From the human T2T-CHM13v2.0 reference genome, Homo sapiens, in the NCBI RefSeq assembly GCF_009914755.1, contig NC_060935.1: DNA of 64,000 nucleotides; one strand, written 5' to 3'. Below are positions 53,533-64,000 of the stretch, piece by piece. Position 1 is the stretch's first letter. Each line of letters starts with the position of its first letter. A program made the position numbers and the translations under genes. The notes under the pieces are model-generated. The model was not told the origin of the DNA, did not search any database, and worked only from the letters and a program-made list of their open reading frames with translations.

Positions 53533-53660
53533 AGTTTTTTTGGTTTTTGAGGTTTTTTTGTGTGTGTATTTTTACCTTTTTAACCAAAGTTAAGTGTACA
53601 ATTCAGTGGTATTAACTATGTTCACAATGTTTTGCAGCCATTACCACTAAATATGAAAGG

Positions 53661-53962
53661 TTTTTTGTTTGTTTTTTGTTTGTTTGTTTTGAGACAGAGT
53701 TTCGCTCTTGTTGCCTATGCTGGAGTGCAATGGCGCAATCGTGGCTCACTGCCCACCTCCCCAGTTCTAGCAATTCTCCTGCCTCAGCCTCCCAAGTAGC
53801 TGGGATTACAGGCACGTGCTACCAGCTAATTTTTGTATTTGTAGTAGAGATGGGGTTTTGCCATGTTGGCCAGGCTGATCTCAAACTCCTGACCTCAAGT
53901 GATCCACCCACCTCGGCCTCCCAAAGTGCTGGGACTACTGGCGTGAGCCACCACGCCTGGCC
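53661..53962 (-). mobile_element. Alu (AluS), twin of 62691-62978
   Basis: TSD TGAAAGGTTTTT (53654-53665 / 53966-53977). Confidence 0.95.
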
Positions 53963-56900
53963 ATCTGAAAGGTTTTTAATGACTTGACTGAAATCACTCA
54001 GCTTTCAAGTAGTAGAACTGGGATTTGAATCTGGGACTCAACTCCTAAACTCATGGGCTATTCGTTCCACAAAGGCTTCTGTCTATCAATACCTCCATCT
54101 GCTCTCTTCTCACCAAGATATCGGGAGGATCAAATGAGGTAAAGATACAAAAACACATTACTACTACACAGGTAACCACGGCTGTGGAAAAAAAAAATCC
54201 ACCAACACATTTCTCCCAGGCACTTTTCATTTTGGGCTTTCAAAAGCTAGGGCTTTAATATAAACATCCCACCTCTAGACCAAGCCTGCAGATCTGCAAA
54301 AACAACGTCTAGACCTCAGAGTAAAGTTATGAGAGAAATGCTCACATTAGATTACAGTCTCACTGAATTACAGGTAACTGCTCAAACCTGATCTTTATTA
54401 TAATACAGAAAGCTTCCTCATTACAAAACACTTTCAATTCAAAGGATAAGTCCAACGTTCCATCATTCTGCCCATTTTGGAGCTAAAAAAAAAAGATTCT
54501 AAATGGTATTTTTATATGCTCAATCGTGAAAGCCAAGGAAAATGGTTTGTTTGCGAGCTAAATTCTGAAGCTTGAACAAAAATAAAAAGAATTATTTCGA
54601 TCCCAATGGTGCCAATTTTATCTTCTTTACATCCCTCCTCATTTTTTTTCAGTCTGAGCTCTAATCAACAGCCACTTTATGTTTAACATATTATCACAGT
54701 TAATGCAATTAGGTCCATAGAACTGTTTCTCTAAAGATGTTCCCTCCATTTGCACTCCTGTGTACCTTCCATTATCATCGTTCTGCCCTAAGAATGAGCA
54801 TATCGCTAAGGTTTAAATCGAATTTCTGATGAATAGGTGGAGATGCTGTTTCTGTAGTTAATACAATGCGACTACATCAACATCATTCCCCAAAAAATAA
54901 AATAAAAATGACTCAATATGCTTTATTTATTCACATCTGACAGAATTCTGATCACCTGAATTCCTTTGGAAGAAAATTCAATCTTTAGAAATACAGTCCA
55001 ATTATTCTAAATCTTATCAATGTCAAAAGACAATCATATGAAAAACTCCATCAGTACCAAACCATCTCACCAATGAATATTTATGACATTTCCATATTTC
55101 CTGTCTTCTCTGTTTACATAAAGCGGTGGTGCCAAGACTCATCTCAGGATTATTAGCCTGCAATACAATGATGGGCCTAATTGCCTTGCAAACCAGGACA
55201 CTAACAAATGGCGTCTTCAAGCAATCAATTTAAAGAGGGGGTAAAAAAGGCCCAAGCTCTTTTTGCCTATGTGCTTGTTACCTACCTACAAAATAAATTC
55301 AGTCTCATATTTTTCAGGCTCACTCATTAGTTCTCAAGCAAGGAATGCACCCTTAACAATCTCAAGCTCATCAAATCTATTTAAATTTCAAAATGCCTGG
55401 CTAGTTTTTAAATACACCAGGAGGAGAGGGGAAAAGAAAAGGCAGAGACATCATATAGAAAGATATCCATTACATTCCAGTTTATCTTCTCCCACCTTTA
55501 GTTTGGAAGTATGCTTTTTTCCCCCAACTTACTTTTTATGATATACAAATAACAGAAGACACCCTCCCCTCCTTAATTCTACCTTAACTAAATCCCCTTT
55601 CAACTTTACCCTTTGGGCTGACTTGACTTCCAAATTTTACTAATATAAATAAAACAAACAAAAACATCACCCGAACAGATTAAAATGGCCCCTAAGAATG
55701 AGAAGGTCTCTTCCGTGTCCCCTGCAAAGTCCCCTCTAACAGCCTTACTGCCTCTCACCCAACCACAGCCACCAAGGCTGTTCATTTAAGTATTCCAACC
55801 CTTAACCCTCATGTGTCTCTTGGAGGCCACCCCAATCCTTCACCACCAAAATAATCCAACCCAATTCCCCCCTGCTCTCCAGCACAGCTCACTGTCCCTC
55901 TCCATCCTCTCTGCCCCATCCATACCAACAGCTCCAGGTCTCCCATTCCTTAAATTTCCCCTGTGCCACCTCACCATCAGCAACCACCTCCCCAGGCCTA
56001 CCAGCTCATCTCCGAAAGTCCTTCTCCAAAACTCCCTCTGCCACCTTGGCCAAGGGATATTTTCTTCAAGATACCATCCCCCAACTTTGCTCACCCCTGC
56101 CGCTATCCTTTCAATGAAAGCAGCCCAGTGATGTTTTATGTGCCCTCTGCCTTGACTCTGCAACCAAGGAGCCACCATGCCCTTTCCAGTGATTGTAAGA
56201 TCACCCTAAATCCAACCCACTGTGCCCCACACTCCATTTCCATCCCTGTCCTCCCATTTCGGGCCTGACTTCCAATGTGGCCCCTTCCTGCCAGCTCACC
56301 ATCACACTCCCCTCACTGAATGTCCCACCTCCACCAACTCCTATTCCAACCTCCATCAGCCCACCCCAGGAAACCCCCAAATTGCACTCTTCTGCTCTAT
56401 CCTAACCCATGCTATTCCATAAGTCTCCACAAATTCCACCAGCCCCAGATGACAAACACCCACTTCAAGCTTGGGTCTCAACCCATGCCAAGCCCCTCAC
56501 CCCCAACTCCTGCCACCTCCATCATCCTGCCCCAGGTCCACCCCAAATTCCACCCTTCTGAATTAACACTACGCAGGGCCCTAACCAACCCTGTACATGC
56601 CACTCACTCTCCGTTGAAATCATTCCCCTGCCCCTCACCCCAGCTCAGATCCCAAGCTGTCAACTGCTCCAGGCCAAACCCAAATCACCACCCTCATTCA
56701 GTCCCCTCCCCCATTAAAAGCCATCCCACCCTAGTCTCATCTTCCACCTCGCCCCAAGACCATCCCGAATTCCAACCCGACGCCCCCACCCCACTCTCCT
56801 GTCCCAGGTTGGGTTATTCTCCATCAAAAGTCCTCCTCCCTTGTCGCCCGCCCCCCAACCTGCTTGGGTCCCACCCTCACCCCACCCCCGGCCAGCGCCT

Positions 56901-57056
56901 GGACAAGTCTCCCCCGCCAGCCCGCCGTTCCATCGCGACCTCAACCCCCTCCCCCCAACCTGCACGGGGGCTCCGCAGCCTCCCCTCTCATTCTCGCCAG
57001 CGCCACCGGCCCAGACTCAGGACCAGCGGACCCTGTGGCGGGGGGAGTCTCCTCAC

Positions 57057-57330
57057 CGGTGAGCAGCTGCAGGCGAAAACGGCGGCGGCGGCGGCTGAGG
57101 CGGCGATGCCCTTGTCTTCTCCGGAGGCTACGGCGGCGACGCTCTCGCCCGTGTCCAGTAGGGTGGCGGATGGCGCGCGGGGACCGGAGCCTCCTCCTCA
57201 GCGACTCGGCTCTGAATCCTCTGCAGTAGCCGCCGAGGAGCCCGACGGGTGGGGGGAGGGGACGCTCGGCTGCGGGCGAGGGAGGAGGAGGCGGAGGGAG
57301 GAGGCGGGGGACCGCTCAGAAGGGCAGGGA
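57057..57330 (-). other. FAM168A: First (5'UTR, AUG-less) exon of a minus-strand gene, probably FAM168A; TSS position approximate
   Basis: GC-rich exon inside a CpG island with GCC runs and no ATG on the minus strand; donor CCG|GTGAGG at 57057/57056; G-rich minus strand follows. Identity rests on recall of the 5' leader and the neighbouring HMGN2 retrocopy. Confidence 0.7.
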
Positions 57331-57382
57331 AGGAGGAGCCGGCGCGGCGCCGCGACACGTCCCACAGCCTCAGAGCGCCGGG

Positions 57383-57403
57383 ACCACAACTCCCGGCATG
57401 CCC
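57383..57403 (+). promoter_or_regulatory. ZNF143/THAP11-type motif
   Basis: ACCACAACTCCCGGCATGCCC resembles ACTACAnnTCCCAGnATGC. Confidence 0.7.
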
Positions 57404-57628
57404 TGCTTTAGCCCGCGCGCGGCCTGCGCCTCCCGCCGCGAGCCCGGTGCAGAGGGGCCGCGCCCTCTCCGGTCACGGACAGTGGAATAAAGCCAACCAT
57501 CCGCTGGCGAATTTTGTAGACTCAAAGACCACCTGTGAGGAAAGTCAGGTCGCCCGAGGCCCCATCCCCAAGGGGCCGTACTCGCAGCGTCTCCATCCTC
57601 TTTGCATAGACACCCCCCTCCCCCCGCC

Positions 57629-57705
57629 CACACACACACACACACTCTCTGTCTCTCCCTCTCTCCCTCTCTCCCTCTCTCCCTCTCCCTCTCGTCTCTG
57701 TCTCT
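57629..57705. repeat. (CA)n-(CT/CCCTCT)n compound microsatellite
   Basis: Seen directly. Confidence 0.9.
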
Positions 57706-57707
57706 GG

Positions 57708-57728
57708 ACTACACCTCCCAGCATGCCC
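57708..57728 (+). promoter_or_regulatory. ZNF143/THAP11-type motif
   Basis: ACTACACCTCCCAGCATGCCC. Confidence 0.8.
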
Positions 57729-57770
57729 CTCAGCTTCCTATTCTCCTTCCGGACCCTTCTCAGACCCGGT

Positions 57771-57786
57771 ACTACAGTTCCCAGGG
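57771..57786 (+). promoter_or_regulatory. ZNF143/THAP11-type motif
   Basis: ACTACAGTTCCCAGGG. Confidence 0.7.
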
Positions 57787-58049
57787 AGTGTGGTCCCTGC
57801 GAAATGCTGGGAGATGGAGTTCTCGGTTCTTCCTCCATGTTAAGAAAAAGAAGTGAAAGAGAGGCAAAAGGGAAGGAATACGCCAGCCCACCGAGGATGG
57901 GCCTTGATGGGCTAGATCACCTGTGATTCTGTTCATCCCTCGCCATCTCCGTTTCAGCTGTCTCTCACCAGAACTAATGCCGGAGCTTCCTCGCTGGTCT
58001 CCCTGCAAATTTGAGGACGATTCGGCAACTTGAATCCAAACGACAAAGG

Positions 58050-58445
58050 GCATATCCTCTTCTTGACCCAGCTCCATTACTTTTAAGAATTTACCTTAAA
58101 AAGATGATCGAACAATTTCGAAAAGATGAATGCACAAAGTTGTTATATGACGTAGTTAATTATGAAGGGAGTAAATGTTCATCGATAGGGTGCTGCTTAA
58201 ATAAGACGTGACATATACATACAATGCAATACTAAGGAGCCATTTAAAATGATATAAATCTATTGACATGAAAAGCTATTCACAATTTATTCTTCGGGGA
58301 AAAAGTTGATTACACAACAGCATGTCTACACGAGTGCATTTATGTGAGGTTTGACACAATATTCTACAAGCATGGAGAGATTTCAGGAAAGAGGTTCGCC
58401 AAAATATTAGCAATGATTATCTTGGGGGAAAGGGTGTCAGATTGC
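58050..58445 (+). mobile_element. Ancient L1 (L1ME-like) 3' fragment
   Basis: tttgacccagc..cttttaagaatttacct..taaatgttcatc.ataggg..atacaatgcaatacta..gccatt. Confidence 0.65.
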
Positions 58446-58452
58446 ACGTAGG

Positions 58453-58747
58453 TTTTTTTTGTTTTTTGAGACGGAGTCTGGATCTATAGCCAGGCTGGAG
58501 TAAAGTGGGGGCGATCGCAGGTCACTGCAACCTCTGCCTCCCGGGTTCAAGCGATTCTCCTGCCTCAGCCTCCTGAGTAGCTGGGACTACAGGCGCGCGC
58601 CACCACATCCAGCTAATTTTTGTATTTTTAGTAGAGATGGGGTTTCACTATATTGGCCAGGATGGTCTCGATTTCTTGACCTCCTGACCTGCCCGCCTCA
58701 GCCTCCCAAAGTGCTGGGATTACAGGCATGAGCCACAATGCCCGACT
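58453..58747 (-). mobile_element. Alu (AluS)
   Basis: Alu consensus. Confidence 0.93.
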
Positions 58748-58834
58748 GTAATTTTTGTTTTCATATTGTTTGAATTGTTTAAAAGGAGCACATAACGACT
58801 GTTTTTTGTTTTCTTTTTTGTTTTGTTTTAATTG

Positions 58835-58987
<153 letters not shown>

Positions 58988-59278
58988 TAATTTCCAAATC
59001 TAACAACCTTTCTTTGCTGCCTAGATGCTTTCCATGGCTTCCCATTGTCTCATTCATGCTTCAGCACTGTGCCTGCCTGGTTTTAATAGTTCCACTATTA
59101 AAACAAATAATAGTAGTCACTTCCAATTCATAAAGTTGGAAGGGAGAATTTTCTCAATTTTCAATGCGTCTTCTCAAAATTTTTCCATTTCTGGTCTTTC
59201 CACACCCATTTTCTCCTTTTCTCTTACTCATTCTTCAAACTCAAGCCAAAGTCCTACCTTCCCTAGAACATATTTTAG

Positions 59279-59627
<349 letters not shown>

Positions 59628-59901
59628 TATCTGAATTCTTATAGCAGTGGTTTCTAATCTGTTGGCCAGAGATCACGGTGGGGAGAGGAAGTGAAGAGAG
59701 AGGTACAGAGTTATTGTAAAGGGCCTATGCAGCTCTGCCTACACAAAGCTATATGTCTTGCACTTTAAAAAAGTTTTTCTCTTCTTCTGACCCTTGTGTC
59801 CAGCTCTTCTAGAATACAGAATGTAGTATCAGATTATTTTTGATTTCACGATTTTTTTCATTTAAGCCCTGTTTGACTTGATATTTTCTTCTCTTTTTTC
59901 A

Positions 59902-60195
59902 TTTTTTGAGACAGAGTCTCGCTCTGTCGCCCAGGCTGGAGTTCAGTGGCATGATCACAGCTCACTGCCGCAGCGACTCCCTGGGCTCATGTGATCCTCC
60001 CACCTCAGCCTCCCAAGTAGCGGGGACTACAGGCACCACCATGCCCGGCTAATTTTTCTTTTTTCTTTTTTTTTCTTATAGAGACAGGGTTTCGCCATGT
60101 TGCCCAAGGTGGTCTCAAAGTCCTGGACTCAAGTGATCTGCCCACCTCGGCCTCCCAAAGTACTGAGATTACAGGCATGAGCCACTGCGCCCAGC
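59902..60195 (-). mobile_element. AluJ
   Basis: Alu consensus. Confidence 0.92.
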
Positions 60196-60739
60196 AGAAT
60201 TTGATATTTTCAATTTTATATGCCATTGTTCCTTGGTGTTCTGTAAGAACAACTAGGACACTTTAGCTCTGCTACAGGCCTACAGGAAAAAGCCCAGGTT
60301 GCTTAGCTCAGAGGATGACTTAGTCCCCATCCCGCTGCAGCGTCTCTAGCTTCACCCCACCTCACTCTAGTTAGACTCCTGTCCCTCAGGACTCACTTTC
60401 CCCAAATACATCAGGCACTCTCTTTTTCAAACTGCCCATCTCCCTTTACATCCTATTCTCCCAGCCTTAAAATCTCAGCCCCTCTTCTCCCTTTTCTGAG
60501 AATAATGAGAAAGATACCTATCATATGTTGGTGATATGTGACAAACAAGTCTCTTCCTCTTAGTGTTACACTGACCTTGCCCTCTTCTAAACCCCATCTT
60601 CTCCTCTTCCATTTCCCCACTTCTTTCTCCTAGTGGCACAAAGTAGGGGCTAGGCGGTCTACCTAGTAGGGGCTAGCTTGGTCTATCCAGCAAGTAAAGC
60701 ATTGTCTGAGTTAGGAGAATAAATAGGTATGAGAAGCTT

Positions 60740-60955
60740 ACTGGACTAGTAATCTGAGAATCAGATCCTAAATTAGAACTTGCCATAAACATGATGGGTG
60801 ACATTTAGTAAGTCCCTTAACTTTTCGAAATCTCAGTTACTATAATACATCCGCAAAATGGAAGGAATGAGTCCCGCCTGCCCTGCCACCTCATAAGGTT
60901 ATTAGGAGAATCCAGTGAAAGAATGGGTGTGAAAGTGCTTTAAAGACTGTAAAAT
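60740..60955 (+). mobile_element. MIR
   Basis: agtcccttaac..tctcagtt..aaaatgg..cctcataaggttatt..gtgaaagtgcttt. Confidence 0.65.
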
Positions 60956-61180
60956 ACCACTTACAGTCCAAACCCTTCATCTAACCATTTGAGAATTCTC
61001 TCTCTAAATCCCTGCAAAATCATGATATGTAAACTTTCAACTCTGATTTATATCAACATTAATGAATTTATGAAAGTTTTAAAGAAATGAACTATATTAA
61101 ACCAATTTAATTCCTGGATAAGTTTTTGATATAGCACAGTTAAGTGATTTCTAACTTTTAAAAATATTTTTCTATACTGA

Positions 61181-61504
<324 letters not shown>

Positions 61505-61507
61505 TCA

Positions 61508-62143
<636 letters not shown>

Positions 62144-62690
62144 GATATATTCTTTATGAATTTTACAACAAAAAAATTTGATTCACCCAACAGTTTTATT
62201 TTTATCTATTTTTACTGATTATTGGTGGGTTATAATGAAATTTCTTTGTTAGTCATTATTTCTACCAAGTCCACCTTTTCCTGACAGTAATTTGAACCAT
62301 TGTTGGATTTATCTTGTATTGATTATTTCTAAGTAGAATTTTCCCAGGGAACAACTTTGCAGATTGCAGTGTTACCAGCAAAGATGGGATCATTCAGTTT
62401 GCTTTTTTATCCATAGTAAATTTCATCATGTGTAGATTTAGCCATTGTCAGTTTAATTTTGTGTTGATTATTTCTACCATAATTTTTTTCTGCAACCCCA
62501 TCAAAACAAACTCGAAGTCAAAATGACAGTGTCAAAACGCTATCCTTTGCCTGTTACTATCTGATTAACTTGTACTTTGCAAGGGTTTTCTCCCAGCTGT
62601 GTTAACATGCTTCTTTGCCACCTCTTTCTCAAAGCATCTCTTCGGGAGCTTTGGCACATATGCGTCAGCTTTACTTTAAGAATTGCTCTA

Positions 62691-62986
<296 letters not shown>

Positions 62987-64000
62987 CTAGAATCACAGGA
63001 AAATGGACATTAGAGATCATGCTAGGAGAACTGATCTTGAATGAAGCAGGTATTATGCTGGTGTCTTAAGATCCATTATCTCATTAAATCTTTCAGCTTA
63101 AACATCCCTCACATGTCCATTTTATAGTAGAGGAAATTGAGACCGGGAGAGAGGAAGGGATTGGCCACACTAGGATTAGAACCAGGCCTTGGTTTAATCC
63201 TCAGTGCAATTGGAATGATTATAAATTCCAAAGTTATCTCATTTAATTTAAAAACTTTTGTAATGATCTTATTGGAAAATTAAATATAATTTTTCAGTTT
63301 AGCTAAGACTTAAAACAAGAGAAATCACATGAATATAAACAGAGCACTCTCAAAGAGCTTTTTGTCACAGCAAATGAGACAAGAGGTGTGAAAATGTTTT
63401 GTAAATGACCCAACACTGGGCAAATGGAAGTTATTGCCATTTATGCTGAAGACTATTATATAAACCTGCTATGCCTGCTTGCCAGAGTGTTAGAAAGCTA
63501 ACAGCATACCATTAATATCGACAGATGAGTATCAAATGCCCATCCTAATATTTAATTATAATAACCAATATTAAAAGCAGAAAATTGCATCCTGCTTATC
63601 CTCAAGACCTAATTCAGACATCAAAAAGCATCTGCTGACCTCTGGCTAGGTTAGAAGTCCACTCTGGGCTCCCACAGCTCTGCTCACATTCTGCGATCAT
63701 TGTCTATATGCTGCCCCCAAGGACAAGGCTTAAGGTGGTCTGATCCACCTCTGTGGCCCAGAGCTCAGTCCAGCTCAGGGCTTCTCACAGGGTAAGGGTT
63801 CAATAAATGGTGGTTGAATTAATGAATCAATCAATTAACATGACAAGTATATAGACTATATAATCAATTAGAATGACAAGGGAAAAGTACACATTAAATA
63901 AAGTTAAGGGCAAGAGTGAATCACGAATCTGCATGAACTGATTACAGACACTGAAACTCTTGTACAGCAGCAACTATACAAGGAAGGAGCCTTGATGTTC

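Larger units (their letters stand above)
56840..57620. promoter_or_regulatory. CpG island / promoter
   Basis: Very high GC and dense CpG against a CpG-depleted background. Confidence 0.92.

Noticed and set aside
57249-57926. 225-aa plus-strand ORF in the promoter
   Set aside because: Non-ATG start, GC-rich, crosses a microsatellite and has no recognisable domain.

Overview
Human (hominid) genomic DNA, very Alu-rich, with about 60 Alu elements or fragments. Most of the window (1-57056) reads as the 5' part of a very large first intron of a minus-strand gene. Its AUG-less, GC-rich first exon (about 57057-57330, donor CCG|GTGAGG) and CpG-island promoter (three ZNF143/THAP11-type ACTACA..TCCCA motifs) lie near 57 kb. 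I recognise the exon as probably FAM168A (11q13.4), from memory and unverified. The intron carries a full-length SVA (30349-32031), a full-length frameshifted HMGN2 processed pseudogene (about 39285-40473), old L1/L2/MIR fragments, MaLR/ERVL LTRs and hAT fossils (MER3, Charlie1, MER30, MER58). No intact protein-coding exon is supported: nearly all supplied ORFs are Alu, SVA, L1 or low-complexity artefacts. I found no new biological system. The best leads are two inverted Alus bracketing the promoter that share private mutations, a palindromic splice donor, a possible non-AUG N-terminal extension in exon 1, and a 78-nt candidate cassette exon beside the SVA. Repeat boundaries are approximate and subfamily calls are by eye.
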